Positions 1 through 9,960 are shown, counted from the stretch's first letter. The stretch is 64,000 bases of DNA from an uncultured Micavibrio sp. (GCA_964351905.1 CAYGPG010000002.1:49320-113319), one strand, 5' to 3'. Notes: a model not told the origin generated them from the sequence alone. Numbers and translations are program-made.

Positions 1-840
1 TACAAAATAATATAATATATGAATAGTAGGGCGTTCAGATATCATTAATGAATATGTATAAAGGGCCCCGCCGACCACAAATACAATAAAACCAACATAG
101 AAAGTTGAAGCCCAGTGAATGGAGCTAAAATCAAACTGATCACCAACAAATATAAATGCGACTGTCATAAGGATCATACTGATAAGCCTACTGTAAATTT
201 CACTGATGAGAACGGCACCTGTATTATCATCTAATTCTGAAAAATATTCAGCAAAAACACCCTTAGTGACTACTAATATGGCGCACATATATCCCCCTGC
301 AAAAGCAAGTATATAGCCCCCAAGGCTTACTATATTCAACCCGCTATTTTGTAAATCATTTTGATTGCGAGTTATTTGAATAGATTCATCAGACAAAATA
401 ATAATGGCCACGCCAGCCAATGCAACGAGACTAATTATAAATTCTTGTAAGTTGACTTCTTTCCATCTTTTACGCATAAGAAATGGTGTTGCGACGACGG
501 CAATAACAGGCCAGGATTCATATAAAAGAGATACCCCCCCTTTATTTGCCATTGTTAATGAAACAATAAAAAAGCCATGACAAAGGACACCTGCAATACC
601 GGAAATAATGATGCTGACATAGGCCTGCTTCGTTAGATTTTTGTGAGAATCTTTTACTTTTTCAATAAGCTTGTTTTGCCATAGGTAATGCCCTCCCAAA
701 AGCAAGGCGCCAAAACCGGAAAAGAAATAGACAACTAGTATCATTTCCAAAGAGCCCATTGTTTGTAGGCCTATGGTTGCCGCTAGAGGATATAGACTCC
801 AGATAAGCACTGCCAGGCTCATGGAAATTAATGCATTCAT
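1..840 (-). CDS. DMT/EamA-like permease; start codon in window, C-terminal end cut by the window edge
   Basis: The reverse-strand frame is open from ATG at 840-838 to base 1. It is absent from the ORF track because it has no stop. Hand translation of the first ~140 and last 20 codons gives MNALISMSLAVLIWSLYPLAATIGLQTMGSLEMILVVYFFSGFGALLLGG...; the middle was read more loosely. It has many hydrophobic helices. The family call is tentative. Confidence 0.5.
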   Translation of the reverse strand, partial: MNALISMSLAVLIWSLYPLAATIGLQTMGSLEMILVVYFFSGFGALLLGGHYLWQNKLIEKVKDSHKNLTKQAYVSIIISGIAGVLCHGFFIVSLTMANKGGVSLLYESWPVIAVVATPFLMRKRWKEVNLQEFIISLVALAGVAIIILSDESIQITRNQNDLQNSGLNIVSLGGYILAFAGGYMCAILVVTKGVFAEYFSELDDNTGAVLISEIYSRLISMILMTVAFIFVGDQFDFSSIHWASTFYVGFIVFVVGGALYTYSLMISERPTIHILYYFV

Positions 841-967
841 ATTTTAAGAGTCCTTAGACATAAAAGAGTAGAAAATAATAACTTCAGAAGATCATACCTT
901 AAATTATTTTTATTGGAAAGGTCAGTGAATTTGTTGTGCTTCGGCGTAAAGCGCGTTAAAAGATTTT

Positions 968-1951
968 ATGCCTCGCATTGTAATTGCCAATGATCAATCC
1001 ATAAAAGAAGCCGCCAATATTATAAAAAGTGGTGAGGTGGTCGTGTTGCCAACAGAAACGGTTTATGGGCTTGGCGCAAATGCCCTGAATGACGCGGCGG
1101 TAGCGAAGATTTTTAAGGCGAAAAATCGGCCCAATCATAATCCATTGATTGTTCATGTGAGCGACATTGAAAAGGCTAGTGCTTTGGTGGAAATGGATGC
1201 GCGTGCGCTCAAAATAGCGAATGCGTTTTGGCCAGGGGCTTTGACTCTTATACTGCCCGCACGCAAAGGTAATAGTGTGAGTAAATTGGTGAGTGCGGGT
1301 TTAGATACTTTAGCGGTACGCGTGCCTGCGCATAAAGTGATGCGTCAAGTAATGGCGGCGGCGGCTGTGCCGATTGCGGCGCCAAGTGCCAATGCCTCGG
1401 GCGAGCCGAGTGCGACCACGCCTAAACATGCGGCGCAAAGTCTAGGTGATGCGGTTGATTATATTTTGGGCGCGGGGGCGTGCGATGTGGGGCTTGAATC
1501 TACCGTATTGGATTTAAGCACAGACGTGGCGATGATTTTACGGGCAGGGGCGATTACAGCCGAAGATTTAGAGCCTTATTTGGGCGCGTTGCAAACCGAA
1601 ACCAAAACGAGCGCAAAGCCAAAATCACCGGGGCTTTTATTAAAGCATTATGCGCCTTCTATCCCCCTACGTTTAAAGGCAGTGGATGTGAAACAAGGTG
1701 AGGCTTTATTGGCGTTTGGATCCGTGAAATTTATGGGTGTTGTTGGTGGTGGTAATGCCAAAGATTTACCAGATCATGCGTTTCGCAATTTGAGCGAAGA
1801 CGGTGATTTGGAAGAAGCCGCCAAGAATTTATTTATGATGTTGCGCGATTTGGATCATGCTCAAAACAAGGCCATTGCGGTGATGGATATTCCTGAGAGG
1901 GGTATTGGCGTTGCGATCAATGACCGTCTGCGCCGCGCAGCAGAAGCTTAA
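968..1951 (+). CDS. tsaC: L-threonylcarbamoyladenylate synthase, long Sua5/YwlC type
   Basis: 327 aa. YrdC-domain motifs VVLPTETVYGLGANA, KNRPNHNPLIVHV and SANASGEPSATT, followed by a C-terminal Sua5 domain. Confidence 0.85.
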   Translation: MPRIVIANDQSIKEAANIIKSGEVVVLPTETVYGLGANALNDAAVAKIFKAKNRPNHNPLIVHVSDIEKASALVEMDARALKIANAFWPGALTLILPARKGNSVSKLVSAGLDTLAVRVPAHKVMRQVMAAAAVPIAAPSANASGEPSATTPKHAAQSLGDAVDYILGAGACDVGLESTVLDLSTDVAMILRAGAITAEDLEPYLGALQTETKTSAKPKSPGLLLKHYAPSIPLRLKAVDVKQGEALLAFGSVKFMGVVGGGNAKDLPDHAFRNLSEDGDLEEAAKNLFMMLRDLDHAQNKAIAVMDIPERGIGVAINDRLRRAAEA

Positions 1952-1952
1952 T

Positions 1953-2834
1953 TTACTTTAGAATATCTAACAGCGAAGACGTTGGACTTTTTAGGCTGCC
2001 GTAGATTGAGGCGGCTAAGTTTCTCTCTCTTAAACTTGTTGGGGTTGAGAAGAAGGCATCAAGTTGATTTTGAATTTGATAAAGGGAATTCATACTCGCA
2101 TTATACTGCGCTTGGTGTTGAACCTGTCTTATTTCAATCGGGTTTTTTAGAGAGAACGGAATATGCTGATAGCCGCCTTCGGGACGGTTTTTAGGTTTAT
2201 GGGCTTTGGTTGCAGGGGCTTCGGCAATTTGTGTATCATCAGAAAATTTCTTATCGAAGAAATCATAAACTTGTTGCATCGTGCGGGGTGCGCCCGTTGC
2301 GCGATCGTAAAATACGCCTTTATTGGCGCGCGCTTCTTTAGGAAAGATATCGGCGGCAATATTAAGGGGATTTTTCTTGAGTTGAGATAGAAAAGCGTTT
2401 GACCCACCTGCACCCATGAAATGGGCAAAATAGAGTTCAGTATTGCCTATTTCACCACCAACATTTTGCTCAAGATATGATTTGTTGTCTTCGGCAAATT
2501 CGGCGGCCATGAAGCTGGCGATTTCAGGGTCCTTGCGTAGGTTTAAAAGCTCGCTTTTGGACGCGTTTTTATCAATGCCGTATTTTGCGCCATGCTTATC
2601 AACCATGTCCATCCATGTGCTTTCGATGAATTGAAACAGGCCCGTCGCGCTGCTGGTTTTGGCTTTAATGGTGGGGTTGAAATTGCTTTCAGCGGCGGCC
2701 TTTTCCATGAGATAGGAAAAACTTACCCCTGTTTTAGCGCTTGCGGTCTTAATGGCATTGACGATATGACTCGGCGCGCGGTTGGTCAGCGCGGCTAAGG
2801 CATTGTTTTCTAATGATTTTAAGGCATTATTCAT
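1953..2834 (-). CDS. SLT-domain (lytic transglycosylase-like) protein
   Basis: 293 aa. SLT-like catalytic region AAAESNFNP...SSATGLFQFIESTW. Convergent with tsaC with a 1-nt gap. Confidence 0.6.
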   Translation of the reverse strand: MNNALKSLENNALAALTNRAPSHIVNAIKTASAKTGVSFSYLMEKAAAESNFNPTIKAKTSSATGLFQFIESTWMDMVDKHGAKYGIDKNASKSELLNLRKDPEIASFMAAEFAEDNKSYLEQNVGGEIGNTELYFAHFMGAGGSNAFLSQLKKNPLNIAADIFPKEARANKGVFYDRATGAPRTMQQVYDFFDKKFSDDTQIAEAPATKAHKPKNRPEGGYQHIPFSLKNPIEIRQVQHQAQYNASMNSLYQIQNQLDAFFSTPTSLRERNLAASIYGSLKSPTSSLLDILK

Positions 2835-2903
2835 AGTGTTGCGTTATATTTAGTTATTTATACTAATTATAATATTGCGAACACTGTGCCAGTTTGCTCA
2901 GGC

Positions 2904-2992
2904 GTCATTGCGAGAGAGCGGAGCGAACGCGGCAATCCAGAGCTTAATGGAAGCATTCTGGATTGCTTCGTCATTTCATTCCTCGCAATGAC
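2904..2992. repeat. Hairpin MITE-like repeat, copy A (GTCATTGCGAG...CTCGCAATGAC family)
   Basis: 89 bp with 11-bp terminal inverted repeats and internal GGCAATCCAGA/TCTGGATTGC arms. About 85% identical by eye to the reverse complement of copy B at 15724-15812. Confidence 0.8.
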
Positions 2993-3040
2993 AGTATATA
3001 ATTTTCGAATAATTTTTAAAAAAAAACCTAAGGAATTTCA

Positions 3041-4792
3041 ATGTCAGATTATAATGCCCCTTTAGATGATATGCGTTTTGTTTTGGATCATGTTGTGGGA
3101 TTGAACCAATTGCCCGAGCATGAAGAGTTGGGCACGTTGGATATTGAGATGGTGGAGAGTGTTTTGACCCCCGCCGCAAAATTGGCGAGTGAAGTTTTGG
3201 CACCCTTAAATTGGTCAGGGGATCAAGACGGCACGCAGTTAAAAGACGGTGTTGTGACAACGGCAAAAGGGTTTAAAGAAGCCTACGCGCAATATCGCGA
3301 TGGCGGATGGAATGCGGTACCGTTTGATAGTGGATATGGCGGACAAAATTTACCGTGGTTGGTCGCGTTTCCTATCCAAGAAATGTGGCAAGGGGCAAAT
3401 ATGTCTTTTGGGCTTTGCCCACTCTTAAACCAAGGTGCGGTTGAAGCGATTCATCATCATGGATCACAAGAACAGAAAGATTATTATCTTGAAAAATTGA
3501 TTTCAGGGGAATGGACAGGAACAATGAATTTGACTGAACCGCAGGCAGGGTCAGACTTAGCGGCGATACGCTCCAAAGCAGAACCAAGTGGTGAGCACTA
3601 CAAAATTTCTGGTCAGAAGATTTATATTACCTATGGTGAGCATGATTTGGCGGAGAATATTATTCATCTGGTTTTGGCGCGTTTGCCAAATGCGCCAGAA
3701 GGGGTGAAAGGCATTTCGCTTTTTATCGTGCCTAAAATTTTAGAAGATGGCACGCGTAATGATGTGAAATGCACGGGGATTGAACATAAGCTGGGTATTC
3801 ATGCCTCCCCTACTTGTACGATGCAATTTGGAGATGATGGCGGCGCGATTGGGTATTTGGTTGGCGAAGAAAATCAGGGGCTGAAATATATGTTTACCAT
3901 GATGAACAACGCGCGTTTATCTGTTGGCCTTCAGGGTGTGGCGATTGCGGAAGCGTCTTATCAGCACGCGTTGGCGTATGCAAAAGATCGCGAGCAGGGA
4001 TATGATATTTCCGCTAAAAGTAAAAACCGTGTGAGCATTGATAAGCATGCAGATGTGAAGAGGATGTTGCTTTCTATGAAGGCGCAAATTGAAGCGTATC
4101 GTGCGTTAAGTTACGAAGCCGCACTGAATTTAGACCTTGCCGCCAAGGGTGATAAAATGGCGCAGGCGCGTGTAGATATTTTAACGCCACTGGTCAAGGC
4201 AGGTGGAACGGATATGTCATTGGATGTGACATCCACGGGTATACAAGTGCATGGTGGTATGGGTTTTGTGGAAGAAACAGGCGCGGCACAATTTTATCGC
4301 GATGCGCGCATTTTGACGATTTATGAAGGCACGAATGGTATTCAGGCAGCGGATTTATTGTTCCGCAAAACATTGCGTGATGGCGGTGAGATGACCAAGG
4401 CCTATATCAATGAAATTAAAAACAACGTTCAAAATATTCAAAGCCAGAATGATAAAGTTTTGTTCATGAAGGAAGCGTTAGAAGGATCATTAGAAGCGTT
4501 AGAAGATGCGATTGCTGAAATTTTGGTGCAGGCGGGTGAAAATTTGGATAAGGCCGCGGCATCGTCCGTTCCTTATTTGAAATGTTATGCGACTATTGCG
4601 GCGGCGGGCATGATGGTGTGTAGCGCGTCCGTGGCAGAAAAATTATTAAATGATGGGGCGAAAAATAAAACGTTTTTAGAGCAGAAAATAAATACGGCTT
4701 ATTTCTTTATCGCGCATATTTTACCGCAAGCGGATGCGGCGTCTATCGTTGTTCAACAAGGCGCAGACAGTGTTTTAGAAGCTCAGTTTTAA
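3041..4792 (+). CDS. Acyl-CoA dehydrogenase, long (~580 aa) type
   Basis: 583 aa. ACAD architecture with LTEPQAGSDL, the YEGTNGIQAADL C-terminal helical domain, and an extra C-terminal extension. Confidence 0.85.
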   Translation: MSDYNAPLDDMRFVLDHVVGLNQLPEHEELGTLDIEMVESVLTPAAKLASEVLAPLNWSGDQDGTQLKDGVVTTAKGFKEAYAQYRDGGWNAVPFDSGYGGQNLPWLVAFPIQEMWQGANMSFGLCPLLNQGAVEAIHHHGSQEQKDYYLEKLISGEWTGTMNLTEPQAGSDLAAIRSKAEPSGEHYKISGQKIYITYGEHDLAENIIHLVLARLPNAPEGVKGISLFIVPKILEDGTRNDVKCTGIEHKLGIHASPTCTMQFGDDGGAIGYLVGEENQGLKYMFTMMNNARLSVGLQGVAIAEASYQHALAYAKDREQGYDISAKSKNRVSIDKHADVKRMLLSMKAQIEAYRALSYEAALNLDLAAKGDKMAQARVDILTPLVKAGGTDMSLDVTSTGIQVHGGMGFVEETGAAQFYRDARILTIYEGTNGIQAADLLFRKTLRDGGEMTKAYINEIKNNVQNIQSQNDKVLFMKEALEGSLEALEDAIAEILVQAGENLDKAAASSVPYLKCYATIAAAGMMVCSASVAEKLLNDGAKNKTFLEQKINTAYFFIAHILPQADAASIVVQQGADSVLEAQF

Positions 4793-4798
4793 AGATTA

Positions 4799-5317
4799 TT
4801 AATTGGGTGGTGACGTGTAAGTTCTAGCGCAACTAACCATTGCGTTGCTACGAATTTTTTCGATATTTTTTAATCGTAAATCTGGTTTCGCCCTAAAATC
4901 TCTGGCGGCGCGATTTGCACTACATTCGCAGTAATCAACATTGTTATTGGCACGCGATCTAAAAGTTTGTGAGTATTCCATACAGTCTTTAAAAGTATCA
5001 CCTGCGATAGAGGTTGTATTGATACACTCAGGTCTTGGGTTGTCGGTAATTTCTGAATAAATTTCACCTTGTGGTATTAAAAGTTCGGATTCACGTTGGT
5101 TACGAAAATCACCTGCAATACAGGCGCAGTCAAAATAAATTTTTTGAAAATTATTATTTTCACAGACTTGGTATATATATTGAGCCTCTTCATCTTTTTC
5201 TTCATCAGAAAAAATTCCGTCATCTTTCATAAAATAAAAGCTGTCTTTTATTTCGGCTTGTGCGATCTGCGGGAGGCTAAAGGCCAAAAATGTTAGTATT
5301 AAAATTTGTTTTATCAT
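4799..5317 (-). CDS. Secreted Cys-rich hypothetical protein
   Basis: 172 aa. Signal peptide MIKQILILTFLAFSLPQIAQA and 9 Cys in the mature part. AT-rich. No recognisable family. Confidence 0.5.
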   Translation of the reverse strand: MIKQILILTFLAFSLPQIAQAEIKDSFYFMKDDGIFSDEEKDEEAQYIYQVCENNNFQKIYFDCACIAGDFRNQRESELLIPQGEIYSEITDNPRPECINTTSIAGDTFKDCMEYSQTFRSRANNNVDYCECSANRAARDFRAKPDLRLKNIEKIRSNAMVSCARTYTSPPN

Positions 5318-5342
5318 TGTTTTATAATAGCATAATGGTAGC

Positions 5343-5376
5343 CAAAAAGAAAAAAGACAGGGTTTAAGCCCTGTCC
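5343..5376 (-). terminator. Rho-independent terminator downstream of the 5410-6018 gene
   Basis: On the minus strand, stem GACAGGG / CCCTGTC with loop CTTAAA, followed by TTTTTTCTTTTT. Confidence 0.6.
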
Positions 5377-5409
5377 TTTAATTTATATTTATCAAATGTT
5401 TAGTATGAC

Positions 5410-6018
5410 TTAGGCGGCTTTATCGCCTTTAATCTTTTTCCAAAGACCTTGGAAGTTTAAGCCTGCATTTTCAGTTTCTTTCGCTTTTTCTTCTGTTAGG
5501 CGGCGTTCTGCAGAGCCGTTTTGTTTGTTTTGGTTTTGTGCTTTTTGCTGTTCGATTTTTTTCATGCGCTCTGCCATTATTTGCTCGCGACGTTTACGTG
5601 CTTTCTCTTCACGGCTTTTTAATTCTGCCTTGTAATCTTCAGCTTGTTTTTGACTATATTGGCTAGTGATCAGAACTTGTTGGGCTTGTTTTTGCCATTG
5701 ATCACGTTGCGCTTTGAGGTCTTCAACCGTGCCTTGTGATGTTTCTAATTGATCTTCGAGCATTTTGATTTTCATCTTCATGCGTTCCATTTCAATCATG
5801 TCTGTGGCTTTTTTCAATTCTGCTTCGACAGAAGAAGGCGCGTTATCTTTAGCTGGTGATTTTAATCCAAACACACGTTCTATTTCAGACACGTCGATAA
5901 TGCGGCGGTCATTGGAGTCCATTTCATAGGACAACTTGCCGCTGTTCATCGCGCGTTGGATGGTTGATTTTGATTTGCCTGCTAATTCTGCTGCACGTTG
6001 TGCGCCTACTTTTGCCAT
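5410..6018 (-). CDS. HTH DNA-binding protein with long charged coiled-coil tail
   Basis: 202 aa. N-terminal excisionase/MerR-like HTH AAELAGKSKSTIQRAMNSGKLSY...IDVSEIERVFG, followed by a K/E/Q-rich heptad region. Confidence 0.55.
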   Translation of the reverse strand: MAKVGAQRAAELAGKSKSTIQRAMNSGKLSYEMDSNDRRIIDVSEIERVFGLKSPAKDNAPSSVEAELKKATDMIEMERMKMKIKMLEDQLETSQGTVEDLKAQRDQWQKQAQQVLITSQYSQKQAEDYKAELKSREEKARKRREQIMAERMKKIEQQKAQNQNKQNGSAERRLTEEKAKETENAGLNFQGLWKKIKGDKAA

Positions 6019-6095
6019 AACTTTACCTCTTTAAAATCAGATATTGGCTTATTTTTTCAAATAATTCAAATAATATTTTACTTAATCACCAGTTT

Positions 6096-6905
6096 TTACT
6101 TTTCTGTCTCTAGAATGTTATTTAGCAGACGTGTAAGGCGTTGCCATTGCGCGCCAGAAAACAGATGTGCGTACAAGAAAGGAAGATATCCTTTTGCACG
6201 CCATTCTAAGAAGGTTTTATCGTCTAATTCAGCTAATTTCTTCTCATCAATTATGCGGAAACCTGCAAAATTGATCTTTTTACCATTACCAATGTTAATT
6301 TCCGCTTGGCGTTCAACCAATAGACCAGAAGCTTCTAAAGCCTGTCCAAATTGAACAGTCTGCTGGGCGGCGGCATGGTATGATTTACAAAATTCTAAAG
6401 CATTTTTAGAAAGTTCAGATGGTTTTCCATCTTCATTGAAGAAAGGCTGTGAGCCCTTTGATTCAATGACGTCTTTATCAAGGTCAACACAAAGTGAGAG
6501 TTGATCGTTATTTGGCATTTCGCTGAAGATAAAGGGATAGCGACGGATGTAAGCTGGGATATAGGTGTCTTCTAACCATTGGTTTTTACCGTTTAAGAAC
6601 AGGTTTTCATTGTCACGCAGGCCGATAATGGCGACAGGTGTGGCGGATTTATCAGGGGCAAAGCCGATGGGGTAGAAATGACAGATTTGCGGCATTTCAA
6701 TCATATTAATCGGTACGGCATTCACGTTTTTTGTGAATTTAAGCCCAAAGTTAGGCTTTAATCCTAAATCTTTGTGCTCTTTTGCATCAAGAGGTATAGG
6801 GCTGTCGTAAAAAAGTGGCATTGGCGGCTTACTTGCCCCATTTGCTTTTGAGTCCTTCTTTTGGGATTCTGCTTTTTTCGCTGTTTTGTTTTCTTTTTGA
6901 GCCAT
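6096..6905 (-). CDS. SapC family protein
   Basis: 269 aa. The pattern PINMIEMPQICHFYPIGF ... YIPAYIRRYPFIF ... LCVD matches my recollection of the SapC family signature (YIPAYxRRYPF). Confidence 0.65.
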   Translation of the reverse strand: MAQKENKTAKKAESQKKDSKANGASKPPMPLFYDSPIPLDAKEHKDLGLKPNFGLKFTKNVNAVPINMIEMPQICHFYPIGFAPDKSATPVAIIGLRDNENLFLNGKNQWLEDTYIPAYIRRYPFIFSEMPNNDQLSLCVDLDKDVIESKGSQPFFNEDGKPSELSKNALEFCKSYHAAAQQTVQFGQALEASGLLVERQAEINIGNGKKINFAGFRIIDEKKLAELDDKTFLEWRAKGYLPFLYAHLFSGAQWQRLTRLLNNILETEK

Positions 6906-7100
6906 TGGCTAGCCTTCCTTGATGATTACTGTAATGCATAAATTAAAAATTCTTAGCTACTTAAGCAAAAATGGAGGTTAAAGGCAATTCCTCATCATTG
7001 GATAGTTGTAATTATAACCATTAAAACACTTGTTTTTTGACGGTTAAATCGCTTTATTAAGGCCAAATATCATCAATTTTTGTAAAAGAAGCATAATATT

Positions 7101-8447
7101 ATGAAATTAGCAGTTATTGGCACTGGTTACGTTGGTTTGGTTTCAGGGGCGTGTTTTTCTCAAATAGGGCATGATGTTGTCTGTGTTGATAATAATGAAG
7201 TTAAAATAAAGACTATCAACAAAGGTCAAATGCCAATTTTTGAACTAGGTTTGGAAGAATTGGTCACGCAACAAGTTAATGCAGGGCGTTTAAGTTTTAC
7301 AACAAATCTGGTTGAAGCGGTAAAGGGTGCAGATGCTGTTTTTATTGGGGTGGGAACGCCGCCGCGCGTGGAAGATGGTCATGCGGATTTAACCTATGTT
7401 TATCAAGCAGCAAAAGAAATCTCGCAAGCGGTTGAGGGCTATACGGTTTTGGTGACAAAATCGACGGTGCCGGTTGGAACAGCGCGTGAGATTGAAAAGA
7501 TTGTGGCGGAGCATAAGCAGGCGAGCGCGATAATTGATGTGGCATCGAACCCAGAATTTTTACGTGAGGGTGTGGCGATTGATGATTTTCTCAACCCAGA
7601 TCGTGTTGTTTATGGGGCGAGTGCAGAGCGTGCGTTGGATGTATTACGAGCGATTTACAAACCTTTAGCGGATAACAATGTACCTATGGTGGAGGCTACG
7701 CCGGAGACATCTGAAATAATAAAATATGCAGGAAATGCGTTTTTGGCGACGAAGATTACATTTATCAATGAAATTGCGAATTTGTGCGAAGCCGCAGGGG
7801 GTAATGTTGAAGATGTTGCCCGCGGTATCGGGCTTGATGATCGTATTGGTAAAAAATTCTTACGTGCAGGGCCTGGTTATGGTGGATCATGCTTTCCAAA
7901 AGACACTCTGGCATTGGTACAAACAGGGCATTTGAAAAATGCGCGGCAATATCTGGTAGAAGCCGTTGTTGAATCGAACGATAACCGTCAAAAACAAATG
8001 GCGCAGCGCATTATACAAGCCTGTGGTGGGTCAGTTCAGGGCAAGAAAATTGGAATTCTTGGTGTGGCGTTCAAGGCGAATACAGATGATGTGCGTGGTG
8101 CGCCCGCGTTGACCATTATACAGGCTTTGATTGAGGCGGGAGCAGAGGTACATGCGCATGACCCTCAAGCACAGAAAGAAGCGCAAGAATTGATACAGGA
8201 CGTATCGTGGTGCGATAATCCTTTGCAGGTGGCTCAAAATGCAGATGCACTCGCGATTATTACAGAATGGGATGAGTATAAAGAGCTGGACATGCAAGTC
8301 GTTTACGATTCCATGGCAAATAAAAATCTGATTGATATGCGCAATATTTATGATCCCGCAAAAATGCAAAATTTAGGATTCAATTATATTTCTATTGGGC
8401 GTCTAGCCGAAAATCAGGCTGACCATAAATTAAAAGCGGTGTCTTGA
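7101..8447 (+). CDS. ugd: UDP-glucose 6-dehydrogenase
   Basis: 448 aa. Rossmann IGTGYVGL, catalytic GGSCFPKD and the C-terminal UDP-binding domain. Confidence 0.9.
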   Translation: MKLAVIGTGYVGLVSGACFSQIGHDVVCVDNNEVKIKTINKGQMPIFELGLEELVTQQVNAGRLSFTTNLVEAVKGADAVFIGVGTPPRVEDGHADLTYVYQAAKEISQAVEGYTVLVTKSTVPVGTAREIEKIVAEHKQASAIIDVASNPEFLREGVAIDDFLNPDRVVYGASAERALDVLRAIYKPLADNNVPMVEATPETSEIIKYAGNAFLATKITFINEIANLCEAAGGNVEDVARGIGLDDRIGKKFLRAGPGYGGSCFPKDTLALVQTGHLKNARQYLVEAVVESNDNRQKQMAQRIIQACGGSVQGKKIGILGVAFKANTDDVRGAPALTIIQALIEAGAEVHAHDPQAQKEAQELIQDVSWCDNPLQVAQNADALAIITEWDEYKELDMQVVYDSMANKNLIDMRNIYDPAKMQNLGFNYISIGRLAENQADHKLKAVS

Positions 8448-8448
8448 T

Positions 8449-9060
8449 ATGAAGAAGATGCTTCTTGTTTCTACGTTTGAAGGATTTGAGTCAAAATTAG
8501 ATGCTTTTTTAAAAGAAGAGTTACTCAGTAAAAAAATTGTTTGTATTCCGACGGCAGCCTATGTCGAAAAAGGTTATGAAGATTGGTTGCCTGCGGAAAT
8601 GTTACCATTGCAAAAACGTATGGTTGATTTTCAGATATTAGATATTAAGGGCAAATCATTTGAAGAAGTTGATACAGCCACAAAGGATGCTGATATCATT
8701 TATGTGACGGGGGGCAATACGTATCATTTATTAGAGCAAGCACAGGCCTGTAATCTAAAAAAATGTATTGAGAAATGTTTTGAACGCGGCGGTCTATATT
8801 TTGGGAGTAGTGCGGGGGGCGTTGTACCCAGCCCAAGGATTGATTTTGTTGAAGATATAGATGTGAATATCAACAATATCAATGATTTTGAAGGATTGAA
8901 TTTAATTGATTTTCTTTTTCTACCCCATTTAGACCATAAGCATTATGGCCCTATTGTTTCTAAAATGGCAGAAAAGCTTAAGCTTGAAAAAGAAAATGTT
9001 GTAGGTTTAAACGATGACCAAGGCCTCTATATTGAAGGCTCTTATATAAGGATTATTTAA
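8449..9060 (+). CDS. Peptidase S51 (dipeptidase E / cyanophycinase-like) family protein
   Basis: 203 aa. IIYVTGGNTYHLL and nucleophile elbow FGSSAGG, as in PepE. Starts 2 nt after the ugd stop. Confidence 0.7.
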   Translation: MKKMLLVSTFEGFESKLDAFLKEELLSKKIVCIPTAAYVEKGYEDWLPAEMLPLQKRMVDFQILDIKGKSFEEVDTATKDADIIYVTGGNTYHLLEQAQACNLKKCIEKCFERGGLYFGSSAGGVVPSPRIDFVEDIDVNINNINDFEGLNLIDFLFLPHLDHKHYGPIVSKMAEKLKLEKENVVGLNDDQGLYIEGSYIRII

Positions 9061-9061
9061 C

Positions 9062-9871
9062 ATGTCAGATCAACATTCACCTTACCTTGATGAGCTTGAG
9101 GCGCGTTCTATTTATATTATTCGTGAGGCTTATGCGCGGATTGATAATATGGCGATGCTTTGGTCAATTGGTAAAGATTCAACCGCGATGCTTTGGTTGG
9201 TGCGTAAGGCATTTTTTGGCCGTGTGCCATTTCCGCTTGTATTGTTGGACACAGAACAAGAAATGGATGAAGTTTATGCATTCCGCGACAACTTGACCAA
9301 AGAGTGGGATTTACCTGTCATTAGCCATCTTTGCCCGCCAGAAGAAGAGATGGATCAAACCTTGCCGCCCGCAACCCGTGCGGCGATGCGTAAGACAGAA
9401 GGACTTAAAAGCCTTTTGAAAGAACATCAATATAAAGGTGTGATTTGTGGTATTCGCCGTGATGAGCAAGGTTTGCGCGCGAAAGAGCGTGTGTTCTCTC
9501 CGCGTTCGCTTGATGGCTCATGGGATTTTAAAGATCAACCGGCTGAATTTTGGGATCAATATAAAACGGAGACTCCAGAAAATTGCCACATGCGTATCCA
9601 CCCGATTTTGCATTGGACGGAGTTGGATATTTGGCGTTATACGCGCCGTGAGAATATTCCACTATGTGATTTATATTATGCACGTGATGGCATGCGTTAT
9701 CGCTCGCTGGGGGAGAAAAATATCACCAAGCCTGTGCCGAGTGATGCGGATACGATTGATAAAATTATCGAAGAATTAGAAACGACCAATACGTCAGAAC
9801 GCGAAGGCCGTGCGATGGACAAAGAAACAGAAGATAGTTTTGAGAAGTTGAGAACGCAGGGGTATATGTGA
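9062..9871 (+). CDS. cysD: Sulfate adenylyltransferase subunit 2
   Basis: 269 aa. PAPS-reductase/ATP-PPase fold with WSIGKDS and CGIRRDE. Starts 2 nt after the preceding stop. Confidence 0.9.
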   Translation: MSDQHSPYLDELEARSIYIIREAYARIDNMAMLWSIGKDSTAMLWLVRKAFFGRVPFPLVLLDTEQEMDEVYAFRDNLTKEWDLPVISHLCPPEEEMDQTLPPATRAAMRKTEGLKSLLKEHQYKGVICGIRRDEQGLRAKERVFSPRSLDGSWDFKDQPAEFWDQYKTETPENCHMRIHPILHWTELDIWRYTRRENIPLCDLYYARDGMRYRSLGEKNITKPVPSDADTIDKIIEELETTNTSEREGRAMDKETEDSFEKLRTQGYM

Positions 9872-9912
9872 CAGAAATCTTGGTGTTCACATCTTTGAAT
9901 ACCTTAGATGAT

Positions 9913-9960
9913 GTCATTCTTGCGAAAGCGGAGATCTATTTATTTTAACTGCAAGGACGC
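9913..9960. repeat. Degenerate fragment of a hairpin MITE-like repeat
   Basis: GTCATTCTTGCGAAAGCGGAGATC...; the terminus resembles the GTCATT(G/C)CGA family. No matching right end was found. Confidence 0.4.

Noticed and set aside
534-540. C7 homopolymer inside the DMT permease gene as a possible phase-variation tract
   Set aside because: It is a single short tract, in frame, encoding Gly-Gly on the coding strand. There are no repeats or promoter context suggesting contingency behaviour. It cannot be evaluated without population data.
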